Both the position numbers and the translations under genes were made by a program. A stretch of 64,000 nt of DNA, taken from contig OZ024740.1 in assembly GCA_964016885.1 (NCBI GenBank), positions 157,418,001 to 157,482,000 of the forward strand, written 5' to 3'. Numbering within the stretch: position 1 is the stretch's first letter; every line of letters begins with the position of its first letter. The stretch comes from Eledone cirrhosa (Eukaryota). Below the pieces are notes generated by a model. It had not been told where the DNA came from. It made no database searches and was given only the letters and a program-made list of their open reading frames with translations. Below are positions 51,710 through 63,163 of the stretch, piece after piece.

Positions 51710-51950
51710 ATGTAGAGCATCTGGTCATAGAATATTGCTTCAAAATGTCTCCTCCAAGCCAGGACAACATGGAAAATCTGCTGCAAAAGCCAAGCTGATG
51801 GTATTTTCACCATAATCTGCTTAGGATAGTGCCATGTAGGGCATCTGGTTATAGAATATTGCTTTAAGAAGTCTCATCAAAGCCATGACAGCATGGAAAA
51901 CCTGATGTAAGAACCATGCCGATGGTATTTTCACCATAAGCTGCTTAGGA
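51710..51950. repeat. Two-copy ~125-bp tandem duplication
   Basis: ATGTAG.GCATCTGGT.ATAGAATATTGCTT...GATGGTATTTTCACCATAA.CTGCTTAGGA occurs twice. Confidence 0.85.
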
Positions 51951-52735
51951 GAGGCAATACGACTTTCAAGTTTCTTGCTTTCCATTCTTGGACTGGAGAG
52001 ATGGATGTGGCTCACAGTCAGTTATCTGCAGGAAGGGTTTCAATTCTGTTTTACTTAATTAGAACCAAAGAAATATCCATTTGATTGAGGCTGCCTTTGT
52101 CTTATAGCCTCTATAACCTTTAAGATTAATGTTAGAATATCCATCAGCTCAAATTGAGTCACTAGCTCTGCTATATATGTTAACAACATTAACCCTTTAT
52201 CATTTAAACTGTCCATATCTAGTCAGAATTCTCTCGCCTCTTTCTGCTCAAACTGGTAACCGGCAACTCATACTGATTAAGGTATTATTTTCAAAATCTC
52301 AGATTCAATATTATATGAGATAATTATATGAGGTAAGTGTTTACTGTGAAAATATAATAGAAAGTATTAAATTTAGTAATACAAATGGTATTTTCTATGC
52401 TCATTGTCAAGTTAAAACAATTTTGTAAAATGTTTTTATATTGTTTTAGTTAAGAAAGAAGAGCAGTGCCCATGATGCTTTCTGATACTGGTGAAAGAGA
52501 GGAAGTAAGATATCCTCAAACTGAAGGCTTCATCCAAATGTTTGCAATAAAGTAGACTGCTAAAGATACCCAAGAAACAGGTGGAGGTGTTAAACCAGTC
52601 AACGATTGAGTTTTATCACATACGTTGGCCACAGTAGGATTTATCCTCAGAATTAATTAGAAAGGAAACTGGAAGCCTGTGGTTTATGTGTATATATATA
52701 TATATAGTTATGTAATAAACAACATAAGGCAATTA

Positions 52736-52796
52736 TTTCATTTACCAGTGGTTTCTTGAAAGCAAAGAAATTTTGCTTTCAATCATCAGAATGAAA
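52736..52796 (-). ncRNA. Type I hammerhead ribozyme (mirror copy of 59352-59412)
   Basis: Exact reverse complement: UUUCAUU-CUGAUGA-UUGAAAGCAAA(AUUUC)UUUGCUUUCAA-GAAA-CCACUGG-UA-AAUGAAA. Confidence 0.85.
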
Positions 52797-53051
52797 AAAT
52801 CCTGGTGTATTTATTGACATTGGATTTTAAAACAAAAATATAATCTATATGAAAGTGAGGCTGGAAAAGGAAGAAAGAAAGGAAAAATAAACACACATGC
52901 ACACACACACAATTACATACACATATATATACATACATATACACATATATATATATGCATACATACACATATTCATACATGTACAAATACATATACATGC
53001 ATACACACATATATATCAACATATCCATACATACACATACACACAAATACA

Positions 53052-53082
<31 letters not shown>

Positions 53083-53385
53083 GTATATATATATATACAT
53101 ACATACACAATCATACATATATACACGTACATACACACACATACATACACGCACACATATGTATACACACCTACATACGCACACACAATTAATTATAAGA
53201 AAAAATATAATAATAAAAATACCGTCACATAAGAATAAAAATAAATGTAAAAATTATAAAGTTGACAGCGATACAGGCAACAAATAAATGAACAAACACG
53301 TGGTAAGCAATACACACAATTGCACATACATAAAAATAAATACACACACACACATACACATACATATACACATACACATATACAT

Positions 53386-53428
<43 letters not shown>

Positions 53429-54009
53429 GATACATACATATACACACACATACATATAAATACATACACACATGTATGTGTGTAAAACTCATTCTTAGAT
53501 GTATTCATTGCACCTTGTTTAACTCTTGATTATATATATATATATATATACATATACACACACATATATATAAGAAAATACATAAATCTTATATATATGT
53601 GAAAGGGGTAAACAAATAGTTGGGAATACGACAAATAAATAATTAGAAAAGGGTATAAATGTTTATAGCTGATTTAGAGCACTCAACAAGTTCCTGGAGC
53701 AAATGATCAATGAAAATAAGCATTATATCACTATGTAATTATGCATACACATATATATATATATATACACATACAACCATACAAATACACATATATATAC
53801 ATACATACATATACATATATATATATGTATATATATACATATAGGAAAAAGTATGACCCCAACGGCAGAGCTCAAGCCGTTTCTGAGGCTATTATATATA
53901 TACATACATAAACAATTATATAAAAATACACATAGACACGCACCCACACATATCTACAAAAAGTTACGTCACCACCTTAATAAAAATACACACACACATA
54001 TATTCATTC

Positions 54010-54346
54010 ATTCATTTTCATTCATTTCATTTTACGTCCACTTTTTCCCTGCTTGCAAGGGTGGGACGGGAACTGATTCTGGCTTGATTTCTACAGCTGG
54101 ATGCCCTTCCTAACACCAACCTCATTTACAGTGAGTGCTGGATGCTTTTTTGCTGCGGCACCTCCACGACCACTTTACAGTGGAATGATATGGACCCCAG
54201 TCTCTATCATCTCATTTCTACAGCTGAGTAAACTGGAGCAATGTGAAATAAAGTGTCTTGCTCAAGGAAATAACACATCACCCGGTCTGAGAATTGAACT
54301 AACAACCTTTCGATTGCAAGGCCAATGCTCTAACCACTAAGCCATG
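54010..54346 (-). mobile_element. tRNA-derived SINE with RTE-type tail
   Basis: Reverse complement of the family at 59978-60406; absent from the opposite palindrome arm. Confidence 0.8.
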
Positions 54347-54441
54347 TGCCTCCATATATATATATACACACACAACAGAAGCATATAAAATACAATTATA
54401 TACACATATACATTATATATAATTATATATACATACACACT

Positions 54442-55820
54442 ATGGTCACCCGGATAGTAAACCAAGTCATACAGAATGGGGCCGTTCCGAAGGACTGGCG
54501 TAGCATTACCATCATTAACTGCTACAAGGGTAAAGGAGATGCCCTAGATAGGGGTAACTATAGAGGCATTAAATTAATCGACCAGGTCATAAAGGTCACA
54601 GAAAAAGTAATAGCGCAACTAATGAGAGAACGAATTGATCTAGATGAAATGCAGTTTGAGTAGCTCTTTTCATTGTACGACAACTACAGGAGAAGTACCT
54701 AGCTAAAAGTAAACCCCTATACTTAGCTTTTGTTGACTTGGAGAAAGCCAACTAAGAATATAGATTTTATATGTGGCTGGTGCTCTGGTGCAATAAGTAG
54801 CAGAAAGTGCCCACATAATACTAGCTCATTCCATTGCACAGATGGTTCTATAGAAATAGTAGACACCTTCCGTTACCTGGGTGACAAAATCAGCAGTGGG
54901 GGAGGGTGCTCTGAAAGTACAGTAGCTATAGTCAGAACGGGATGGAAAAAGTTCAGAGAGCATATACCACTATTGGCCGCTAAAGGGTTCTCTCTAAAAA
55001 TGAAAGGCAGGCTGTATGATGCCTGCATACGAACAGCAATGTTACATGGCAGTGAGACCTGGGCATTGTGTGCAGAGGATATACGCAGAATGGAGAGAAA
55101 CGAAGCTTGCATGCTCCGCTGGATGTGTAATAGTAATATACGTGAACGGCAAAGCATAAACGAACTAAGGGAGAAATTAGGAATAAGAGGGATCAGATGT
55201 TGTTTACTCGAGAGAAGACTAGGTTGGTACGGTCACGTGATGCGCATGAAAACGACAGCTGTATAAAAAAGTGCAGGCGATAAAAATAGACGGTAGCCAC
55301 GGAGTAGGCAGAACCAGAAAAACCTGGGACGACTTGATAAATTCTGACCTCACACACTTACACCTCTCCAAGACAATGTCACTGGACCAAGATCTTTGGC
55401 GCTACACAGTTATACAGAAGACCCGCCTTGCCTAAGTACAAAGCGAAACCTACAGTCAGTAGGCACCTCTAACAAAATACACCCCCGTCCCACTACCCCC
55501 ATCCACACCACCCCCATAAATGTGAAGTTATGTTGGTACCACAACATCCAGTCCGAAACAAATGAGGTCGTGTAGGTGTCACGACAAAAATACACACAGT
55601 CCACGCTGTAATGTGGCCTTGTACGTGGTAACACGTAGGTAACACAGTAAAAACCTCCCAGTCCACACTGTAAACGTGGTTTGTGTTAGGAAAGGCATCC
55701 AGCCGTAGAAAACCCGCCAGACTCCTATACGAGCAGGACAACCAATCTTGCCTCAAGTGGGAAAACTCCCGTCCAAACCCATGCAAGCGTGGAAGATGGG
55801 CGTTAAACGATGATGATGAT
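54442..55820 (+). mobile_element. RTE LINE with an internal deletion, inserted in the left palindrome arm
   Basis: PKDWRSITIINCYKGKGDALDRGNYRGIKL, AFVDLEKA, RRLGWYGHVMRM and (GAT)n tail; same family as 18340-19690. Confidence 0.9.
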
Positions 55821-57000
55821 ATATATACATATATACACATATACGCAACACACTAACACACAGAAATAAATATCTAAAAATAAAAAAAGGTGGGTATGTA
55901 AAGGGTAAGGGGGGAATAAGGAAAATAAATGACAGGAAAAGGTTTAAATATAAGGGGAGATAAGGGAGAAAAAGAATATAAGAGTACAGAAAGTGAGTTC
56001 AGAAGGTAAAAAAATCGTAGTGGATGTAAGGCGTAGAGAGCAGAGTTTAAGGTGGTTGAGTCATCGTAGGAATGTCAATCCAGTTACAGATCAGATGTGA
56101 TTTCAGGTGAGGACAACAACTCCAAGTCCGAGATCTTCAGATGTTGTCCTCACCTGAAATCACATCTGATCTGTAACTGGATTGACATTCCTACGATGAC
56201 TCAACCACCTTAAACTCTGCTCTCTACGCCTTACATCCACTACGATTTTTTTACCTTCTGAACTCACTTTCTGTACTCTTATATTCTTTTTCTCCCTTAT
56301 CTCCCCTTATATTTAAACCTTTTCCTGTCATTTATTTTCCTTATTCCCCCTACTTTCTACCTTACCCTTTACATACCCACCTTTTTTATTTTTAGATATT
56401 TATTTCTGTGTGTGTGTGTTGCGTATATGTGGATATATGTATATATATATATGTATGTATATGTATGTGTATATATAATTATGTATATGTATGTGTGTAT
56501 ATAATTGTATTTTATATGCTTCTGTTGTATATGTGTGTGCGTGTGTGTGTTTATATTTGTGTGTGTGTATTTTTATTAAGGTGGTGACGTAACTTTTTGT
56601 AGATATGTGTGGGTGTGTGTATATGTGTATTTTTATATAATTGTCTATGTGTGTATATATATAATAGCCTCAGAAACGGCTTGAGCTCTGCCATTGGGGT
56701 CATACTTTTTCCTATATGTATATGTATGTATATATGTGTGTATTTGTATGGTTGTGTGTGTGTGTGTGTATATATATGTATATGTGTATGTGTGTGTATA
56801 TGCATAATTACATACAGTGATTTAATGCTTATTTTCATTGATCATTTGCTCCAGGAACTTGTTGAGTGCTCTAAATAAGCTATAAACATTTATACCCTTT
56901 TCTAATTATTTATTTATTATTTGTCGTATTCCCAACTATTTGTTTACCCCTTTCATCTTTTTATTTTTATATATATATAATATTTATGTATTTTCTTATA

Positions 57001-57047
<47 letters not shown>

Positions 57048-57158
57048 GAGTTAAACAAGGTTCAATGAATACATCTAAGAATGAGAATTAGTTTTACACA
57101 TATACATGCGTGTATGTATGTATATGTATGTGTGTGTGTATATGTATGTATATATGTG

Positions 57159-57189
<31 letters not shown>

Positions 57190-57513
57190 ATATGAATGTG
57201 TATGTGTGTGTGTATGTATGTGTATGTGCAAGTGTGTGTATGTATGTGTATGTGCAAGTGTGTGTATTGCTTACCACGTGTGTTTGTTCATTTTTTGTTG
57301 CCTGTATCGCTGTCAACTTTATAATAATTTTTACATTTATTTTTATTCTTATGTTACTGTATTTTTATTATTATATTTTTTTAAATAATTAATTGTGTGT
57401 GTACATATATCTATATTTGTGTATGCGTATGTATGCGTGTATATATGTGTGTATGTATGTGTGTGTATGTACGTGTGTATATATGTATGATTATGTGTAT
57501 GTATGTATATATA

Positions 57514-57564
<51 letters not shown>

Positions 57565-57660
57565 GTGTGTGTGTGTATGTGTATGTATGTATATGTTGAT
57601 ATATATGTGTGTATGTATATGTATGTGGATTTGCACGTGTATGTATATGTGTATGTATGC

Positions 57661-57701
<41 letters not shown>

Positions 57702-57798
57702 AAGGTTTACATATATATATAAAGTCATAGATATATATGTGTTTTGCAACGGGTCACGTTGTGGCTCAATGAAGAACTAAAAATTAAATAATCAGAGC

Positions 57799-58546
57799 TA
57801 TATATCATAAAACATGTCTATAGAATCACCACATAAAATATATACCCTTTCCTCTCCCAAATAGCATAATTAACCATATAAAAATCAATAAGATCAAGCT
57901 ATAAGAATAAAGGCTCCTATGAAGAAATCTCCGACAAATAACTGAAAGCAGCCCCTTCGCGGCGGTTACGACGGAGTATTTAGCGAATATTTCGACAGCA
58001 TGTATAAATCGACCAGATATACAGTCAACTAAACAGAATTAGGTGTAAAATAAACTAGAAGAAAAGTGTACATATTTAATTACCTCTACCATGGTTTCGT
58101 CCGCATTTTAAGACATCCGATAACATGAGATATCTAGAGCTTCGGATTCTTCAGGAGTTAGCTCAAATTTAGACAATTAATTTTCTAAAGTGATCGCGCC
58201 AAGAATACATTCAAAAATAGCTAAGAATCGTGACGTGGCAGCGGTCAAGTTAGAAAGGATGTGATTAGTTGCTTACGGCTGGTAGGCTTTTCTTCTAGTT
58301 TATTTTACACCTAATTCTGTTTAGTTGACTGTATATCTGGTCGATTTATACATGCTTTCGAAATATTCGATAAATACTCCGTCGTAACCGCCGCGAAGGA
58401 GCTGCTTTCGGTTATTTGTCGGAGATTTCTTCATAGGAGCCTTTATTCTTATAGCTTGATCTAATTGATTTTTTATATGGTTAATTATGCTAATTGGGAG
58501 AGGAAACGGTATATATTTTATCTGGTGATTCTATAGACATGTTTTA

Positions 58547-58554
<8 letters not shown>
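57799..58554. repeat. Nested inverted repeat (arms 57799-58066 / 58287-58554), PLE-like
   Basis: ~270-bp near-perfect arms with a 220-bp spacer, embedded in (TA)n. Confidence 0.9.
58084..58157 (-). ncRNA. Type I hammerhead-like motif with palindromic stem III
   Basis: Minus strand CUC-CUGAAGA-AUCCG..CGGAC-GAAA-CCAUGG-UA-GAG. The stem II closing pair is A-C and stem I is short. Confidence 0.6.
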
Positions 58555-58598
<44 letters not shown>

Positions 58599-58847
58599 TC
58601 AGGTTTGAGGTTCACCACTGTATAGAGCTGGTCTATTCCGTATGGTCAATCGTAATGCAATAATATAGAGAGTACTCAACGTAAAGCAGTTCAACCGTCT
58701 TAGTTTTTGTAGTTGGTGGTGCTATTACGGAGTTAAATATTATTAGGGCGACCGGCTGAGGTTGAAGGAACAGAATAGCGGTCGCCCTCGGGTCTCGATT
58801 TTCAGCCCCATGGATTTTACCTATTACATTCACGTATTATATTTCGA

Positions 58848-58905
58848 ATACCTGATGATATCACCGGATTCATACGGAACCCGGTCATTGAAATGATCAT
58901 AGTAT
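58848..58905 (+). ncRNA. Type I hammerhead-like motif with palindromic stem III
   Basis: AUAC-CUGAUGA-UAUCACCGG..CCGGUCAUU-GAAA-UGAUCA-UA-GUAU. Two mismatches in stem II; AATAAA follows directly. Confidence 0.6.
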
Positions 58906-58967
58906 AATAAACCTTTCAAGGATTTACACAAATCCAGCCTCCTGTCATTTCATTATATATATATATA

Positions 58968-59155
58968 TAGGGTGGTGGATTGGCAGTATCGGTAGAGAGT
59001 CGGACGCCATGCTTTCCAGCAGAGTTACGTCCCTTTGCGGTCTGAGTTCAAATCCCGCCGAGGTTTACTTTGCCTTTCATCCTTACGAGGGTCGATAAAA
59101 TAAAGTACCAGTAATGTACTGGGTAATTGCTGGCCTTGTGCCTAAAGTAGAAACA

Positions 59156-59160
<5 letters not shown>
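58968..59160 (+). mobile_element. Meta/MESC-core tRNA SINE
   Basis: A- and B-box-like head, core and tail; inserted in (TA)n. Confidence 0.85.
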
Positions 59161-59206
<46 letters not shown>

Positions 59207-59351
59207 ATATGTATGTATATATGTATGTGTATGTAATTGTGTGTGTGCATGTGTGTTTATTTTTCCTTTCCTTCTTCCTTTTCCAGCCTCACTTTCATAT
59301 AGATTATATTTTTGTTTTTAAAATCCAATGTCAATAAATACACCAGGATTT

Positions 59352-59412
59352 TTTCATTCTGATGATTGAAAGCAAAATTTCTTTGCTTTCAAGAAACCAC
59401 TGGTAAATGAAA
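59352..59412 (+). ncRNA. Type I hammerhead ribozyme
   Basis: Stem I TTTCATT/AATGAAA (7 bp), core CTGATGA 59359-59365, stem II 11 bp perfect, GAAA 59393-59396, stem III ACCA-C-TGGT, GUA cleavage triplet 59403-59405. Confidence 0.85.
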
Positions 59413-59504
59413 TAATTGCCTTATGTTGTTTATTACATAACTATTAAGCTCTGTAACCTACATAGAGCACTCTTTTTTCCTGGACCTTTCCGATGGAATT
59501 ACTT

Positions 59505-59561
<57 letters not shown>

Positions 59562-59977
59562 GATGGCTGTAAACTCTGCTAAGAGTATTGCAATCGCTTG
59601 TCAAATTATAGAATTTGGTGCACTTTTAGGTTACAGCCAACCACACGAACCTGTAACAGATCCTGAACAAGCAATGCCTGTGCTTTGAAGGTTTTTTAAG
59701 TGGGGGAAGGCCTTGCATTCGCCCAATTCCACTCTCTGAGCATCAAAAACACTACCCGAAAAAGAGAACTGGTCAACATCATCAGATGCCTCCGAAGCCG
59801 CAGGTTATTTTTTCAGAGTTCACTCTCCTAGAAAAGTGTGACAACAACTGGGGGCATTTCACTCCCTGGTTAAAAAAAAGTAATGTCTGGATGTCCGTTG
59901 ACTTTGTTGAGTACCTCCATCCATATATACATACACACATACCACATACATAAATATTTATACACACATACATTGAA

Positions 59978-60406
59978 GGCGCATGGCTTAGTGGTTAGAG
60001 CATTGGGCTTGCAATCGAAAGGTTGTGAGTTCAATTCTCGGACCGGGTGATGTGTTGTTTCCTTGAGCAAGACACTTTATTTCACATTGCTCCAGTTTAC
60101 TCAGCTGTAGAAATGAGATGATAGGACTGGGGTCCCTATCATTCCACTGCAAAAGTGGTCGTGGAGGTGCCATGGCAAAAAAAGCCCTCACTGTAAAGTG
60201 GACGTGTAGGCACCACGGAAAAAAGCATCCAGCACTCACTGTAAATGAGGTTGGTGTTAGGAAGGGCATCCAGCTGTAGAAATCAAGCCAGAATCAGTTC
60301 CCATATGAGCAAAACAAGGTCAGCCGACTAGACACTGCCCACAACAGGACAACCCGTCTAACCCATGCTAGCGTGGAAGAACGGACGTAAAAACGATGAT
60401 GATGAT
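59978..60406 (+). mobile_element. tRNA-derived SINE with RTE-derived tail
   Basis: A box TGGCTTAGTGG, B box GAGTTCAATTC, TCCTTGAGCAAGACACTT core, and tail AACCCATGCTAGCGTGGAA..GACGTAAAAACGATGATG shared with the RTE LINE. Confidence 0.85.
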
Positions 60407-60714
60407 ACATTATATATATATATATATATTGTGATGGTGGAGGTGTTAGTTCTTCTGATAGATGTGGTCCTTTATGTGTGTGTGTTGTCACATTAAGTGG
60501 TAGCTTTTGTTTATGTCCTGCATAAACAATGTCCTATAATGTAGTGATTGTGTGAAGATCAGCAGTGTAAACCAAACTTGAAAAATAAAGTATGAGTTGA
60601 CATGATGAAGTGAATCTAGCTGTAAAATACTACTGCAGAAACATCTCATCTTATACCAGCCAACATGGAAAAGTAGACAACAATATGAATCTCTCTCTCT
60701 CTATATATATATAT

Positions 60715-60906
60715 ATATTGTTATACTTGAGGAGGGTCATATTTGTGCAATAATATTGCCAGAATTAATAACAGAACACACTCACTGTTTGGTTGGTTTT
60801 CGCTTCTGTGTCTTTTATGTCGGTTCTGTTATTAATTGAGTGTGTTCTGTTATTAATTCTGGCAATATTATTACACAAATATGACCCTCCCCAAGTATAA
60901 CAATAT
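60715..60906. repeat. 70-bp-arm inverted repeat
   Basis: 60715-60784 is the near-perfect reverse complement of 60837-60906; next to (TA)n. Confidence 0.9.
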
Positions 60907-60960
60907 TTGTTTCGACACACGATTTCATATCAAAAACCTCGCAAAACTAATTCATCGCCG

Positions 60961-61015
<55 letters not shown>

Positions 61016-61322
61016 AAAGGGTGTTTAAGAATTTGTTTTTGTAATTGTAATATTTGTAATAAAAATACAAAATAATGATCCAAGTCATTATCTCCATGGT
61101 GCTACTTTTGCACAACTACAAATAATGTATTTTTATTTTTTTATTTATTAATCAGAGCCAGTTTTTTGAGGCTGATGCTGAAACTGAATAAGACTGATAG
61201 GTTGCTGCAAGTAGGAGCCATTATATCAAGCTGTCAAATTATCTTCAGATTGAAAACCAGTTTCGAATGCATATAACTGAAATGATTTCGCTAAATGCAT
61301 CCCAGGGCCAAGTTGTAATGAT

Positions 61323-61895
61323 AATTGTTTCTACTTTAGGCACAAGACCAGCAATTTGAAGGGGAGGGGAAAGTCAATTACATCGATGCCAGTGCATTAC
61401 TGGTACTTTATTTTATCAACCCCGTAAAGATGAAAGGCAAAGTTAACCTCGGCGGGATGTGAACTCAGAACGTAAGGGCTATAACTACATGATGCAAAGC
61501 ATGGTGTCTGGCGCTCTACCGATACTGTCATTCCACCAAGGATAGAGTAACTGGTTATAGTTGAAATGAGGATATGGCAGTGGGCGAAGAGCGTAATTGA
61601 GATCACAGAATATGTGAAGAAACTTTTTGTAAACAACCATTGTTGAACCAAGTAAGAAATGGATTACGTACATGACAAATAGTGGTTTCTGATTTAGGAC
61701 ACAAGGCCAACGATTTGTGGGGAGGGGAAAGGTCATTACATCGACCCTCAGTACGTGACTGGTACTTTATTTTATCGACCCCGAAAGGATGAAAGGCAAA
61801 GTAGACCTTGGTGGGATTTGAACTCATGACGTAAATAGCCAGAATAAATACCGTAAGCATTTCCTCCGACACTTTAACGATTCTGCCAATCCATA
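61323..61895 (-). mobile_element. Two Meta/MESC-core SINEs (~61323-61540, ~61683-61895)
   Basis: Reverse-complement core CTGGTACTTTATTTTATC.ACCCCG..GATGAAAGGCAAAG. Confidence 0.8.
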
Positions 61896-62793
61896 GTGCG
61901 CGTGTTTTTATTGGTAGCATAACCCTCCCAAAGAATAAGAATATCTGTTTCATCATACGATTTCGCATCAAGAGGCTTGACTCCATAACTGTATAATGAA
62001 ATCGTCTAAGTTATTTTAGTATGTAATTGAAACATTCTAGGAACAAATATTGTAACAAAAGGGTTACGATCTTCAATTTGGATTTATGAAACTTTAAAAT
62101 GACCTGATGGGTGTAGGGCTATAAATGTAAGGCAAAAACAGGATTATATAAACATTTTTTCAAGAAAGGGTGCGTCAAAATTAAGGCGCGTTCTATAAGT
62201 CGTCAAATGCGATATATAGTGTACCTCCTGGCATTCGCGGTCCTGGTTATTCGTGGAATTTTCCTTAGACACCTAACTAATAATTGTTCATGGAAACCAG
62301 TCATTTTTCTATGGCTTTTTCGTGGCAATATATATATTTTTAACGCTAAATTATTAATAACAATATACCGTATTGGACGCCCCTTCGCATAAGACGCTCC
62401 CTCTGTTTTTATTATATTTTACGTTATATTTTGACGTGTATAGGCATTTTTATGGACCACGTCCAATAGTCACGGTTTTTCCCTCTTAGCGAGTGCTCTA
62501 AGAACGTAACTCCCGCCAATACCGGGGTCAACTGTATATCTTAGAGTTTTCATATAAGATATTTAGAGATTAATAAAATCAATATCATCATCATCATCAT
62601 CGTCGATTTTACGTCCGTTTCTCCATGTTAACATAGGCTGTTACGAAGGCTGGAGCTTATCCCGGTTTCGTATGGTGTTAAGCAACTGAAAATATAAGAA
62701 TCTTCTTGGACGGAACTCCCAACTGCTTCTGACGGTGTTCAATTTCAGCTGAGTGGAGGAAGAGCAACATGAAATCAAGTCTTTGCTGTAGGA

Positions 62794-63163
62794 CAGCGGT
62801 CGCCAACCTTTCAGACTTCATAGACCACTAAATTCATAATTCTAAATTCCGCGGACAACTAATATGATTTTTTTTTCAAAAGATAAATACATTTGTAAAA
62901 TAATAATCAGAGAACTTCCATTTTATTAAACAATACTGAAGCGTATGTGTGTCATATTGTCGATAGATGATACATATGTGTAACATTCTTTCATGGATGT
63001 TATTTACTGAGGAAAAACATTTTTTAGGGGTGTTATAAAATATGTTTTAACCAAATATTATTTTTGTTTTATTATTAATAAAATATAAAAATTGCAAATA
63101 ATGTCCAAAATGTTCCTGCGGACCTGCGAAATTTTCTCGCGGACCACCGGTTGGCGATGGCTG
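62794..63163. mobile_element. hAT MITE inserted in a minus-strand SINE
   Basis: TIR CAGCGGTCGCCAACC / GGTTGGCGATGGCTG; imperfect 8-bp TSD CTGTAGGA/CTCTAGAA. Confidence 0.7.

Larger units (their letters stand above)
52704..59444. repeat. ~6.7-kb interrupted palindrome (PLE-type inverted repeat), centre 56119-56141
   Basis: 52704-52930 = revcomp of 59215-59444; ~52930-54440 = revcomp of ~56440-57700; ~55820-56118 = revcomp of 56142-~56440; 23-nt spacer. The arms carry different later insertions. Confidence 0.95.

Noticed and set aside
52786-57749. Many His/Ile/Tyr/Thr or Val/Cys/Met ORFs
   Set aside because: Translations of (CA)n/(TA)n microsatellites.
59978-60055. tRNA gene
   Set aside because: The tRNA-like head continues into a SINE core and RTE tail, and a second copy lies at 54010-54346.
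61225-61310. Hammerhead-like elements on the minus strand (stem plus GAAAC, CTGAAGA)
   Set aside because: Core order and spacing do not give a valid fold; at most a decayed relic.
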